Source of the DNA: Azolla caroliniana
Taxonomy: Eukaryota > Plantae > Polypodiophyta
Assembly (NCBI GenBank): GCA_043228905.1
Contig: JBHGNT010000014.1
Location: 18,104,001-18,168,000 of the forward strand
Length of the DNA stretch: 64,000 bases
Direction of reading: 5' to 3'
The stretch's first letter is position 1, and each line of letters starts with the position of its first letter. This document shows positions 37,201 to 51,348 of the stretch, piece by piece. The position numbers and the translations under genes are program-made. The notes beneath the pieces are model-generated. The model ran no database searches, had not been told where the DNA came from, and worked only from the letters and a program-made list of their open reading frames with translations.

Positions 37201-40200
37201 AGTTCCCACACACCCACCAATAGCTTCTCAAAGGAGAGTAGAACTCTCAATAGGGTATGTAGTATGTAGAAAACATATGATGCCACGGATACCAGGGCCA
37301 CCATAATATAAGACATGAATGCCTATATCCCAACCAATGTTTATCACAATATTGTAATTGCAAGGAATCCTTCATGAACCACCCAAACAATTGTTGGAGG
37401 GCACAAGATGAGAGGTATGGACAAGGGACATTAGTGGAAAACCTAAATCGCCACCTCGAGTAGCTAAGCTACCCTTGACAACATTTTAACCTCAAAAACC
37501 GCCACTCCCTCGCATAGAAACTTAAATAGTTGAACTAGAATATGACCATTTGATAGAAGTGTAGGTTGGGAGGATTACTCACCTCACCCATGCGATGAAT
37601 TGCGAGTCATTTATGACCAAGAAATGTGATAAAATTTTCTCCCATTATACAAAGGGGGATGGGGACATTTTCTTCATGTATATAGTAAGAAGTTACCATG
37701 AGGAAGCGAGGTCAAGCCAATATGTTGCAATTGTCTTGATAAATCCGTGGAATGCTAGAACTTTGTAAAAGGTATTGAATTTTATTGTTGCACTCTGCCA
37801 TGCTTCCCCGATATTAAAGAAAGGGTCCATGGAAGTTGATAGTTCCATTGAGTCACTGCTTTCTAGAGAGTTCTAGCCTTAGCCATTTATTTCTTGTTTC
37901 AACTTGCATTTGGGTTATCTTATTTTTTAGCGTCGATTATATATTATATCTCTCGTTTATCTTTCACCTATTTTCTATCTACTTTCCTTGTTTTCTCATA
38001 GGTTCATTGCAATTAGTCTAGGTGTTAGAGCACAATGTTACATTTTAGTAAAGAGTATGTATTTCCTCACATTTTTATTCTTTTTCTAAATAATCTAAAC
38101 TCCTATGAACGTACCTATGACAAGCTCTTGCCCTTGCTATCCGAAACGTATATTTTTTATGAAAAATAAGTTGGATTAAGTGGTTTGTTTCATTATTGCA
38201 CTTGTCAACATGAATCTCTTTTAATTTGTAGCATACCATTATTTTAAATATTCCTTTCCGTTTCTCCTTTTATGCCGTGAGTTATCCAATAACATGAAAA
38301 ACAAGTTCTCTCTTTGTTGGTATAGGCAATCCTAGCGTGCTCGAACTCATTTCTCACTACATTAAGGTTGACATATATGTGATTAATCAATTAATTTCCG
38401 TTTAACTATGACTCACAAGCCTCTTATTACTAACCATGAAAGAAATAAAAGAGGAAGGACAAGGAAAGGTGACACATGTGGAAATTTCACGAAGACGATG
38501 CACGAGCATCAATAATGTCTCGAAGATAGAAAACTACAAATTAGATAAGGCCTAACTTGTATAATGTATACCATGGTCTAGGTAAAGTAACTCATCGTTA
38601 TTTATATATTCAAAGCAACTTTGGCGAAAAGGTTGAAGGTTAAACTTATCAAGGATCTTTCACACAAGGCCATGGCATGTGAGGTGGTGACAAGTTGCTA
38701 GGTCGATCCAAGTTGGCTAAACCCATGGTCCCTGACACATTGAGGGTTTGAGGCTATATACGTAGTTCATATGATGCTTTACTTGATTTGCGTGTTTATT
38801 CAACTTCTTAACAAGTTAATCAATGTAGTTCTATTAAAGGAACCATAATATAATGCTAGATAGCTTCATTTGATTGTTTGATCAATTTGATCTTTATTGA
38901 TTTATTAGTAGCTTACTAAGTAACACCTATCATGAAGGATGTTATGGATTAGATCATACACCTTGATTAAATTGTTTATTGTTGGTATACTAAAATCTTA
39001 GTTGGACCACTTAATTAAGGAAAGTTCAAAATGTAGCAAGTGACGCAATGGAGTTTTTTCTTACTCGAGGCTATTTTACATTATACTATAAATGAATTCA
39101 ATTTTGTCTACGAAGCACATTTTGAGGTAGTGTTTTAAGGAATGTTGTGAGTTCAAATAATAACTGTAGGATGGTTTTCAAAATTAAAATATAGATTTTT
39201 ATTACTTACTTCAAAATATTAAATTGTGAGATCGGGAATATTACTTACTTCAAAATAATTGTTTAATAAGAGCATTGCAAAGGGATTGACAACAAAAAAA
39301 GTAGAATGCCCCGCCAAGTTCAAAGTCCCAAAAACACATTCAAAGCATATATTTTGATCTGGAGATGGATGCTTGACGCTTGTCACCACCGATGCCTTTT
39401 TGAAGGAGGGATGTCAAGACTCAAACTAACATCACTCTCCACAAATTTACCCCACCATACAGCCATGAGGCACTCTGAACTAAATTAATAATAGTAATAA
39501 TAACAACAATAGTAATGTAGTCAACTTATTCAAGTTGCTATTAGAGTGTTTTCATTATTTGGTTTAAGAGCTTTATCATTGGGTGATAATAATAGTACAA
39601 AAAAACAACTCAATGTTAAAATGGGTCACGAAATAGGTGTGCATGCATTATCGATGGAAAGATTCAAGAATTGAGAATAACTACTTTATTATGCCATTTT
39701 TTGGCATGATAAATCTTAAATTTCCAATCCAGAGAGAACTCATTGTTTTCATGCCCTTTGTACAAGAGCGCTGATGTCGATGCCCTAAAACAAAAGATGC
39801 AAACTATTAATGTGCATGAACGCAAAGTTAAATGAAAAAGATTTTGTATAAAAAATGGATATCATCCTTATATTTTTACACTCGAACCAACAACCCTAAT
39901 GTTGCACAACAAAAGCTTTAGTGACCTGTCATCTTTATATAGACACTCTTGATATTGTCTAATGCAATCGTGAGTAATTTGTGACATTGATGCACCAGGA
40001 TGAAGAGTAGGGGCCATACAGTTTGATATATATTAATCACATTACCAAACATTCAAAATTCCTTCCTCATGATGTTATAGGGCCTAGGAAGGTGTGATGC
40101 ACTCACTCCCAACTGTCCAATGCACATCATAACGATGCTCAAATAGTGTAAAACAATAAATAATGTTGAAGGCTGGGTGCAAGAGATCATGATCAAATCA

Positions 40201-40560
40201 ATTACTTATCAACACGAATTCACATTTCAAAGAACATGGAAAGCGGGAAGTTCTCCCGAGTATCCAATGCTTGCATTATGAAGACATATGATATGGGGTT
40301 TATTTTAATTTATTGGTTAGCATGCATGCACAAGCACTTTCCAATTTTAGTTTTGTCTTAACTACGTTAAGGAAAATGCCAATGTTCTTGGATTAACAAA
40401 TCCTGGTTTCATGGACAACTTAAAAAAGACCAAAATACTTTCTTTTGTTGATTCATCTTATTCCCATTGGTTTGTGTATATATTTATTAAAGCAAGTATT
40501 TATGTGGAGAACAAAGTCAAGTCGTTTTATACCATTAAATTATTCCCAAGAATATATATA

Positions 40561-42647
40561 GGAAATTGGTACATTCACACTTTTTCTGTATTTTCACAGT
40601 TATTTTTTTAGTTCAGAAATATGATTATTTGCACTACAAATGAACATAAAAACTGTTTCAAAACAATTTATTAAGATTTGGAGCATGTTCTACCATTGTG
40701 TCCAGGCTCTCCACACTTTGAGCACTTTCGCCCCTCTACATATTCAAAATGAGTTTTGTCCCTTCTAATTGAAGCTCCCTTATTTTTGGCACCCATTGGT
40801 CTTCCTTTTTTGCGCTGAAGAGGTTGAATATCCTGAATTCCTTTGGTTGGATCATCCAAAACACTTTGAATACGATTAATAAATGATGACGAATGAGTCT
40901 GAGAATTGTTATACAACTCATTATGTAATCTCTCAATAAGATTTTTTCTTGGTGAAATATTTTGACTCAAACTAACATTGGTAATGGCTCTAGAAGATGC
41001 ATTCAACTCTAAGAGCCATTGAGAGTCAATATATGCATCAATTAGTACTTGACCTTCTTCGACCAACTCCCTTATTGTGTGTTTGCAAGGTAATCCCAAT
41101 GTTCCAGTGACGCTTTGGGTGCAAACCTTTTTCATTTCCTCTTCATTCAATGATTTCTTGTACTGTTTAAGTATTTCATGCAATGCAAACAAAGACAACT
41201 TCTTTTGCAGTGGTTTTAACAACCCAATTTTTTGTCTATCACAGACAATCAGTTTTTGACGTTCAATTTCTTTTAAAATCTCGGCAGTCTGATTTTTCCA
41301 AAGCAAATTGAGATTCTTTACCACTTCTAGTAAATTTCGTTTCCCATTTTTTATGTTACTTTTTAAGACACGATGACTACCTTCAGCACGAGATGTAGTG
41401 ATAGAATTAAAATGACACATATCCTTTACGTAACAGGTTACAAACCTTTCTTTCCAAGGTAACCACATTTGAAGTATATACACATATGCGTCTAGATTTG
41501 TGATCTTGTATATCGAAAAATCATTCATATTTTGATTGAATTCGTTCATAGTTGATGGATAGACCAATTCCTTCCATCTTTGTAGAAATATTTTCCATTC
41601 GTCTTCTTTCTTGAAAAATCCTTTACATTTGGAACCAACGTTTTTGTTAATGTGCCATATGCAGAGGACGTTTTTACACATAGGGAATGTCACCGCAATA
41701 GCATTCATTAGTGCCAGTTCTCAGTCTGTTGCTATTACTCTTGGACCGACAATTGAGCTAAATTCCCTTAACGCCCATTTGTATGATTCTTCCAGCTCAT
41801 CAGGAAGAAATGCAATAACAACATTGAACGTCTGATTCGTACACGCAATTCCCACGAAATTTAGTAAGGGCGTGCCGAATTTGTTAGTCTTGTATGTGCA
41901 GTCCAACAAGAAAACCCCATCAAATCTTTTAGCAAGCTTTACAACTTCATTGAACGCCAAAAATAATCCATTAACTCTACCGTTGTCATCCAAGCGCAAC
42001 TTACTAGTGTATTTTGGGGACGCGATAATATCTGACAATGTTTCCAATGGAGATCTGCCCTCTAAAAAATATCTTTTAACACCCTTTACGGCGTTGTATA
42101 CTTCTTGGATTGAAGCATTACTTTGGGACTCTTTTTTCAAAGTACTAAGTATCTCCTTCGGTTCAACATTAGATTCGTACATCGATTGAACTTTTATCTT
42201 ACTTTCACCATCTAATTTCCTATATTTCGAATGACCAATCAAACTATCAGGTATTTCATGGCTGTGATCACCCAAAATCTTTCGAACATACCAAACACCT
42301 TTTTTGCACCCACAAATGTTTTCAAATGTGCAACCTGTTAGCCTGGATCCCTTTTTCCTTTTCTGATCGCCATCGCTAGTCTCCTTGACCTTTGGTTCTC
42401 CACCCAAATCACACTTCAACTCAACTTTGTTATAAGCAAATCTTTTCGTTGTTAAAACAACACCTTTTTGAACATATTCTGCTTTGAGAGCTTCAATAAT
42501 AGCCAGATTCCATCCCCCCCAAAAAAGGAAGACCAGTGGGTGCCAAAAATAAGGGAGCTTCAATTAGAAGGGACAAATCTCATTTTGAATATGTAGAGGG
42601 GCGAAAGTGTAAATTCTCTGCCTCCTTTCTGCTCTCTACTATGTTTG

Positions 42648-42683
<36 letters not shown>

Positions 42684-42942
42684 GCATAATATGCAGGGAG
42701 GGAGGGAGGGAGGGAGGGAGGAGCAAGCGAGCAATTACTTCTCTTCTCTTCTCTTCTCCCTTTCCATACCAAACCTGTGAGCGAGTGTGTGTGTATATAA
42801 ACTGTGAGCGAGCGAGCGAGTAATTTTCGCGCCTCTGTTTAGAAAGGTTGTACATACTGTGAGTGAGCACACAAATTCATTTGTAGTGCAAATAATCATA
42901 TTTCTGAACTCAAAAAAAAAAACTGTGAATTTACCAATTTCC
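40561..42942 (-). mobile_element. Mutator-like DNA transposon (MULE) with ~70-85-bp TIRs
   Basis: TIR GGAAATTGGTA(C/A)ATTCACA...GTTCAGAAATATGATTATTTGCACTACAAATGAA at 40561-40644, inverted at 42876-42942. Flanks TATATATA / TACATATA give an imperfect TSD. Confidence 0.9.
40671..42520 (-). pseudogene. MULE (FAR1-related) transposase with one premature stop and a disrupted start
   Basis: ORFs 41721..42563 and 40671..41708 are in the same frame, split by TGA in IATD*ELALMNA (expected TDRE). Motifs: LDCTYKTN, LCIWHINKNV, TTSRAEGSH, SWIM-like CTQSVTGTLGLPCKH, AT-hook-like KGRP and zinc knuckle CSKCGEPGHNGRTC. Confidence 0.9.
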
Positions 42943-44524
42943 TACATATAATGTATGTATGCGCAACACTTCACTAGGGCAACTAGAGAGCAACAAGAAT
43001 AACATTTCCGAAGCTTTTTGACTCTTGTAAATGCCAAATGTCATTTATTTGCCATCAATTTATTCTATAAACTACAAGATAACTGTATCATCGCAATATC
43101 ATAGCTTATTTGCGGAAGTTCCTTTTTTGTAAACTACCAGATAGTCATATGGATATGGATAACAACATAGAATTCAGAAACATGCATTATGAAGGAGTTC
43201 TATTGTATAAAGTATACACAACAAATGTATGGCGATAAGCAAGAGAACAAATTTGTATTTACAAACATGGACATATTATATAATAATATGATGCAATTTC
43301 AAACCATAAAATAGGTATGAGTGCTTCCAATCTAATTCCTAATAATAACGATGGCAAATTTAGTCAAAATTTTCAAGTTGATATTACAATATATTGATTA
43401 TTAATTTTAAGAGTTTTTTTAGAAGTGGTGGTAGTTAACATATATGCAAAGTTTTTTATTTTTTTGGTACAACCTCCAAGCATTTCTTAATACTAATGTA
43501 GTATCTTTCTTCGTTTTTTTTTTAATAATAATATTAGTAGTACAAATAATGAGTTTTTTATTTATGTTAGGGGACATGAATTCGTTGTGGATGCATCACT
43601 AATGTAAATAATTATCTTGCGCTTTTTGGCATGATATAACTAAACCCTAAACCCTAAACCCAATCCGAAGAGATTTTGCCATGTTCATGCCCTCTAAAAC
43701 AAGAGGTGCAAACTATTAAGTGATATGATCTCAAATTAAAATGACAAAGACGTTGTGGAAAAATGAGGATCAACCTTATATTTCAAGAATTGACCCAACA
43801 ACCCTAAAGTTGTAGAGCAAAAACATTGCTACCATACCATCCTTATATCATCATATGGAGTGATTAATTTAACTTCCAAAATATCTCCCCAATATGTTGC
43901 AAGCATAGTTCCTCACAAATAAAGTTAACACATTGATCTTGTAACCGCTTATACCTTTGTTGAGTGTGCAAGTGACATTGGGTAAGTACTAAGTATAACA
44001 TTTTGTTACATATCAATTGAATCATAAAACATTCAAAGATCCCCTTTGACAACACTAAGGCCTAGAAAAGCATGATGCACTCCCAATCATTCATGTGCAT
44101 GTATCATGATGATGCACACACAATGTAATGGGACATCAAATAAGATTAAAGGTTGGTTGTAAGTGATCATGAGGAAATCAATCATTCATCAACATGAAAA
44201 AGCATTTTGCAAAGGACATGAAAAAGGAGATGTCTACCAAGGTCTATGGCCTAGATTTAGTGATATTGGGTAACTATGGGGGTTATTTTGTGGTGGGTAT
44301 TTCTTCACAAGCACATTCCGAATTTTAGGCAAGCAAAATAATTTTGAAGTACAAAACAAAGTAATGATTGTATACAATTACATAATAACATATTCATTGA
44401 ATACCAATTTTTTAAGTGGGCCTACTCTCAAAGGTTAAATATGATCCATAAGACCAAAGGCGAAACATTATGTGAACACTATTAAGTATAATCGCGTGGC
44501 CATCAATTTGAGAGCATTGCTTTC

Positions 44525-44872
44525 TGTGAAGAGTTACATGCGAAAGCTCGTAGACACAATGAGCTCAGCTAGATAACAACAGAAATAGAACGAAGGTTGA
44601 ATGGAAACCTTCGAAATACACTAAGAGTGCGCGTGAGAGATAGAGAGAGCAGAACACACAGAAAACTATATTTCAAAAATAACTCTCAATACATTGTTCA
44701 TTAAATGTGCTTAGAGAGCACTTTTATACAAGTCCTAATGGCCTACCAGTTTGCACTGATCCGGACCCCAATCCAGTTCTCTTCGATCCGGGCCTAGCCG
44801 ATTGGTCTTCATCTGATCTAACGCTCGTCTTATACAACCGATCCGGCCCATATTGAGCTTTTCTGCCCAACA
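44525..44872 (-). mobile_element. Solo LTR of the copia family found at 51678-64000
   Basis: TG...CA ends, flanks CTTTC/CTTTT, and shared AAATGTGCT.AGAGAGCACTTTTATACAAG and TTGAGCTT...CAACA with the copia LTRs. Confidence 0.8.
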
Positions 44873-47102
44873 CTTTTTGACCATGGGTAGGCGTGATTAC
44901 TTACTATCCTGAATACTTGGAAATGAGGGGAATCAAAGGTTGAACCTTCCATTAGGGTTACAAAGAGGATTATGCTTATCTACAAGATGTTACAATTGGT
45001 GATCGACACTCCACCGAGACTTAGAGAACATGTATAAAGCAAAATAGGTAAGGGGTAGCAAGGGGTTGTAAACCCGATGAGGAATCGTGTTGATTGACTT
45101 AGGCACAATAATCATCCACAAGACAAAGAGAGTCACACTTTCTTAGAGTAAACTGGAAGAGGTTGGAACAAACGGTAAAAAACAAATTTACCCCCAAACC
45201 AATAACACAGGACTTCATTAACATAAACCAAACCAAGTAAAAGAGAATGGTTAATATGGTGGCAAAAATGCTTAATTAAAATAATTACACACCTTCTAGG
45301 CTTTAGAGAAAGGGTTTTTATACAACATTGAAGGGCAATCTACATCAACCACCTTCTACTAATAAAGTAAATATATTTCTCCATCATAACTTTATTGACA
45401 TAATGGCTCATGAATGGGTCTTATACTAACTGATCATGCACTTGTTTGTGATAATGGACATCTCAAGGGTTACATTTGAGGAATTCCCCAAAATGCCTTT
45501 CCACTCATACCTTGTATTTATGCTAAATTCTATTATCAGGAATTTTGTCTTAATTCCCTCAAATTACATGTTCCATGTGTGCTATAACAAAGCACACATA
45601 CAAATATTCCACCTGGTCATCGTACTCTGATGGGACAACACCAATGACGTCGATAAAGACGAGAGGGTGAGTTGTATTAACTTGATTAGGGACAAGAGTG
45701 GTTGTCATGTGGACAATGCCTTGTTTTCCTTTGAATTTGTTGAGCAAGGCCACCTTGTTGGAAAACATTTGACAATTGTGAGGAGATAAGACGGGCAACC
45801 AAAAGGGAGCTTCCAAGGATGGTAGTGAGCATTAAGCCAACTCCGAGCATGGATAGCAAGAAGGTGGTCAAGATGGCGTAAACCCAAAGCTTGATTGTTC
45901 AGAACTAGTAAGTGTTATTAAGATTATTTGGATAGATGAGAGAATGGGGAAATTTGGTAAAGGAGCTTAATGACAAGGCGCATTAGTGTTATCTACACAT
46001 AACTTAAGTGACAAAATGTCACTAATATTGACAAAGCATAAGTCAAGGGTATGTTTGCTAATGCTAGAAAGAGGTTAATGTGCTTGGATAGAGGGAATGT
46101 TGTAGGTGCATGCAATATCATGATCTTGTGAGTCTAGTTTTAATGAGGTCGAACTACCCACATTGGGAAAAGTAGTGAGAAACTAGACTTGGGAGCTAGG
46201 CTTTTGACACAATGGTTGTATTACCTCTTCTAAGTCACTAGTCATCCTAATTTCTTTTGTTTTGTGACATCGATGGTAGGTTGTCTTTGTCTCGATCATA
46301 GCCAATGGTCATCTGGAGGATCAAATTCCTTTATCTAATCTATTTACTTTTCTACTGTCATTTGGTATATGTATTGGAAGAAGTTCTTAATTGAATTGTC
46401 AACAATTAGCATCCTTTGCGAGTCCCATCCCCATGCTTATTGTGGTGGAAGCCATATATATAAGAACTATCATTGACTTTTCGGCTATGGAAGAGCCATT
46501 TGAATACAAAATGGCCATGGTGTTTTTTAATGCAGCGATCATGTTACGTTGCGAGTCTTTCTAGGGTGAATTCGCTTAAGAATCTATTACTAATCAATAG
46601 ACCAAATAAAAGTAAAAAGAAAGACGAATAGATTGGATAGAAGATTCACCTGATCATCGAGCCAAGTCATAGCCAACTTACCACTGACATCCCATACTGA
46701 TTGATATTAGAATGACTAATACCTTGGAATAGGTAACATGATTGTCACGACAAAAGCCTAACCCACACCACATGTGTCTTAAGAGTGTAGCCTTACAACA
46801 TAACTTGATTTATGATTCTGGGCTCCCTTTGAGTCCAGGGCCTATCATCTGCGCCTTCTTAGCCCTTGTGACCTCCCGAGCCCAAGACCCTTGTGCTCCC
46901 GCTCGAGTAATACACAAAACGTTGTTCTAGTTAGCCTTACCTAACCAACTAAGACCCTAAGTCTACAAGGTTAGGACAAAATCTAGTCTACTCTTGGCTA
47001 GATGAGTAGGAGTATGTGTCAATCTACTCCTAAGCCTACTATGAGTACGGTAAAGAATCAGATATGATTCTGTGCAACGGAAGGTGTTTGTATATATATG
47101 TG

Positions 47103-47134
<32 letters not shown>

Positions 47135-47359
47135 ACAGAGTTGCCAAAATCTCTAGGTGTAGGGAATTTGCATGCTCTCTATGTGATGGGGGATCCCACT
47201 CGACAAATTCTAACACATTCTGCCAAGATGATAATAATTGTTCAACAACCCAAGACATTGAACACTTCACTTGCCTTCTGGAATTTACTACATTCCACTA
47301 ATGTGTTTCTACTCTTACTTTTCCAAGCTTTATGCCAATTCTCTCAATAAAGAAAATCA

Positions 47360-48470
47360 CCATTTCTATCCATGGTTGTGTGTTTGAAAACATAGAAATG
47401 AGTAATGGATTGGGAAAGTAAACAATCCGTGCAAAATCAATTTAATTGAATGGCTCGATTAGGATTGGTATCACTAAAAGATGCAATTTTTTGTCTTCTC
47501 AAAGAAGGTTGACGGCTTTTCGTACTGCTAGGTCATCATTTGGAATTCCATGCAATTATCGGCACATTTGGGATACATTATAAGGATTATCAGTGTTGCA
47601 AGGGCGTGTGCCACATTTAAATGAAGATTCTCTATATCTTGATTGGACATTTGTGGGGGCGAACAACTTAAGTACGGTTTCAACGAATGAGGTTTATCAT
47701 ACAATTATTGGGAAACATATGTGGTTAAAAAAAAGGGTAATTAAGGTATGGTCTTTTCATAGGCCAACAATTTGGTGGAAAAATGTACTCCCGAAGGGTT
47801 GGTGTTCACATTTGTCATTTAGATCCAAGGTGTTTATTTGGAGGGTTATGGTTGGTGGATTACCATTGGGTGATGCTTTATGCAAAAGAAAAATAGCTAG
47901 TGGCTTATGTTTCTTTTGTACAGTGGAAGTAGAGCACAATTGACATCGATTTATTTCATGTCCTGTTACAAAGATGGTTTGGAAATTTATTAATGCAATA
48001 TGGATGTCCTTGACAGGAGTGATAAAATCTCCTTTCAAATGGGTTTTTGCACAAGTGGAATTAGGAGGTCTTTCACCTTCTTTTCAGATTATTTTGGATT
48101 ATTTGAGGTATTATTTTGGATTATTGGCATATGCGAAATGCTTTTATATCTGATGAACAAAGGGGAGTACACCGTTATGTGTTGAGATTGAAAGGGTTCC
48201 TTTTATGGAAATTTTCATTGTTGGAGATGTCAAGCATATTCACTCATGAAGAGAGACAAGTATGTACGTTAGTTGGGCATCACATTTGTCATTTGTTCTG
48301 ATAAGAAATGTTATGGGATGTTGAGAGACATATTCATGGTTTGTAATGATATGAATATGTATCTCTCTATGTAGATATGTAAAGATGACTTACAAGTTGT
48401 AATAGTGGTTTTTTTTACATGCAATTAATATAATTGTGTGATTTTACCACAAAAAAGGGAAAAAAGAAAA
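47360..48470 (+). mobile_element. L1-type LINE 3' fragment (zf-RVT region) with A-rich tail
   Basis: KVFIWRVMVGGLPLGDALCKRKIASGLCFFCTVEVEHN*HRFISCP...VW and WHMRNAFI; AATATA plus an A-rich tail at ~48428-48470. Confidence 0.75.
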
Positions 48471-48577
48471 CAGAGTTTATACAGAAAACGAGAAAATTGT
48501 ATTAACAAGAACAAGAATGAGCCAACAGTTACAAAGAGGGAGAGAAAGGTGCTTATATAGTCACCTTCTCTCTATAT

Positions 48578-49300
48578 TGTTAGGATCGTAACCGGAAACA
48601 ACCGGTTTCTCCTATATGTGTTAGGGTGCAAAGAAAACGAGCAAGGTAATGCACAAACAAAAAACGAAGAGCAGAAACGAAAAGATACAGAGGCACAAGA
48701 TATTTATGTGTAAAACCCGAAAGCGAAAAACCATAAGGGGTCCACAAACCCCAAACTAAATCACTATGGGAGAGGAAGTACAATAAGGAACTCGAAGACA
48801 ACGACCTTGAGTTCTTCTTTGTCTACCAAACGGTGGCAGAGTTACAACTCTCACACACACACACTCTCTCTCTTATTATTTACAGAGGCAACTACCTTCC
48901 ACAACTGTGCAACAACTAATAATGATACACCATAAAGTTTGCCCTAGTTGTATTTATACTTATACAACTTTCTGGTTATTTACAGATATAGCCCACATGG
49001 GGCACATTTAGACTATTTACAAATATAGTCTCCCGAATCGATTTTTGATTTCCAATTTCCAATTTCCAATTTCGGCCTCGATCGAAATACTCATAGGTTC
49101 TCCCTTTTTCTTCGATTCGAGATCCACTTCCCATCTGGAGGGTCCTGTTAACATATTCAGTGTAGTTAAGTCTCCACCTCTCTTTAGTAAGTGGTGGTTG
49201 TATATGACACACTAGTTACTATATTAGTAAGTGGGGTGTTCACACTTTAGTATAGTAGGGTGTGTTCCCACACTAGGGAAGTTAAGTTTGATTCTTAACA
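48578..49300 (-). mobile_element. Probable solo LTR of a second family; right boundary uncertain
   Basis: Starts TGTTAGGATC, candidate end GATTCTTAACA. Its first ~330 bp are colinear with 51349-51677. No convincing TSD. Confidence 0.6.
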
Positions 49301-49868
49301 AGTACAAAGGAACAAATTAAGAAAACTTTAGTTATACAAGGTCTCAAATGTCTTGTATAACTTTTACAATGCCCTTGGATCTTTTTACATTGAGCTACCT
49401 CATCTCTCTATTATCCTTTCCATGTATGTATTCCTTTGTCTCTATACCTAGTGCTACACTTGTTCCTTCATTTTTTACCAATGTTCAGGTGTACGGAAGT
49501 AGTTAACGTTGCCCGACCTAATGAGTGCATAGTCTTGGGTGCAACCATCTATGAGTTTGAATAAAGCAAGTTGGAGATGAGGCATTGGGTAGGAGGATGT
49601 AGAGAATGATTATGGATGGGTAAGGGGTGGAAGAGGGAGAGTGGGTGGACCGTGGAATGGATGGCGGTGGGCTTGGTTGGGTTGTGTGTTTGCCGAGGTT
49701 GGGTGTTTGAAGGGGTAGTTAATTAAACGCATTAAAAGGCAAAGGGGCTAGGTAGATCTACTGGAGTCTATTAATTAGTCAATGGAAAGTGACACTATTT
49801 ATTTATTATTTTAAAGGTTTCTTGAGGTTGGAGTATAGACAAAGCGGGGCCACAAAAATTCTTGCGAG

Positions 49869-50378
49869 TAGTAATGGGCACGGTTCAATTTCTTTGCCTT
49901 GAAACCGAACCAAACCATTTATATAAAACGAAAACCAAACCAAACTATTTATGAACTCTCAAACCATTTAAGCCAAACCATGTAAGAAAAGGTAAACCAA
50001 ACCATGTAAGAAAAGGTAAACCAAACCATTTAAACACAAACCGTTTAGGAAAAGTTGAAACCAAAGCGAACCATTTAAGTCAAACTAATTAAAAATCTAA
50101 ATAAAAAAAATACATTAAATAAGCATTTAAGTTAATATAAAAAAATCAATAAAAAACCATTAATTAATAAACTATAAGGTTAAAAAAAAAGTTAACCAAA
50201 AACCAATAAACATTTAGACCAAACCATTTAAACCTATAAACTGATAAACCTGAGTTTTTGAACCATTTATTAAAAATCCAAACCAAACCAAACCATTACA
50301 TTTTTTTGGAACCAATAAACCGTTAAACCGTGGCTTAATGGTTCAGTTTAGTTTGAGCCGAAACCATGCCCATTGCTA
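49869..50378. mobile_element. Non-autonomous hAT element (MITE), 510 bp
   Basis: Perfect 8-bp TSD CTTGCGAG (49861-49868 and 50379-50386), TIRs TAGTAATGGGCACGGTT / AACCATGCCCATTGCTA, and many internal AAACC(A/G) motifs. Confidence 0.92.
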
Positions 50379-51348
50379 CTTGCGAGCTTCTTGGTGTGAT
50401 GAGGTTGTAGAGAATTGTATGCACTTCACCCATGCCCAACAAGCATGTTGTCCCGTAAACACACTTGCTTGTGCCACTTGAGCTAGACCATGGGGGTCTT
50501 GGACCATGGAGTCGAACTGATGGAGTCAAAAGGGTATAGTAAGTCGAAGAAAAGTGTATATCGAAGAAACACATAGTCGAAGTGATGTCGAAGAGATGCA
50601 TAGTCGAAGAAACAAAGATGTTGAAGAAAAAGAACAAGTCAAAGAAACAAAGATGCCAAAGAAAACGAGAATGTCAAAGAAACACCTAGCCAAAGAAACA
50701 AATATGTCGAAGAAAAAAAGATGACAATAAAAGAAAATGAAGATGTCAAAGAAAGGTGTATATCAAAGACTCACGCAAATTATCGCGGAGCACATAATCA
50801 ATATAGTTCGTCAATGCAAACTAGGTTGTCTCAATTGTTTGATGGAGAGTTTAATCATGTGATTAATGTGATGAGTATGAGTTTAAGACAAAATGACCGT
50901 GTATTAAGAAGTCGACACTCAATTACAATAAGAGGACCCTTTATAAAATAGGGTTTACGAGTCAAGGGGACATATTACAATAGTGAAAACCTCAAGATAA
51001 CCACGAGCTCAAGCAAGAGATTGAAGTGAGAGGAGTGAAGCTCCCGATGTAGGTGACTCAAGTTGGCCGTTGAGACCACTACTACCTCCGATGGCCAAGA
51101 TGCTTCGAATCGGGGTAAAGTCCTCATGCCACTTCGTCCTCCCTATGATCAACCAGTGTGGTAGCTTGCCACCTCCTCGTTGACTCCACTTGAGCGTCAA
51201 ACCCTAGGAGAAAAAGAGTTGAAGAAGAAAAGAAAATCGAAGAGGGTCCCACACAAACATGAAGAAGACCCCATGCAAACACAAAGAAGACAAAGATGAA
51301 TGCTCCTGAGCTCCCAAAAAATAATGTCGAAGAAGACCACCAAAAACG

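Larger units (their letters stand above)
39480..44330. repeat. Diverged ~0.85-kb direct repeat pair (39480-40360 and ~43500-44330) on either side of the MULE
   Basis: Shared ordered motifs TTTTGGCATGATA, TTCATGCCCT, TGCAAACTATTAA, CCAACAACCCTAA, GGCCTAG.AA, TGATGCACTC, GATCATGA..AAATCAAT and CACAAGCAC.TTCC. Confidence 0.7.

Noticed and set aside
41721-41723. Two separate MULE genes (mudrA/mudrB-like)
   Set aside because: Both ORFs share a frame and are split inside the conserved TDRE motif by a probable CGA>TGA change.
44900-47050. Possible retroelement remnant (TGTCACGAC at ~46743 resembles an LTR end)
   Set aside because: No matching second terminus, PBS, TSD or protein motif was identified.
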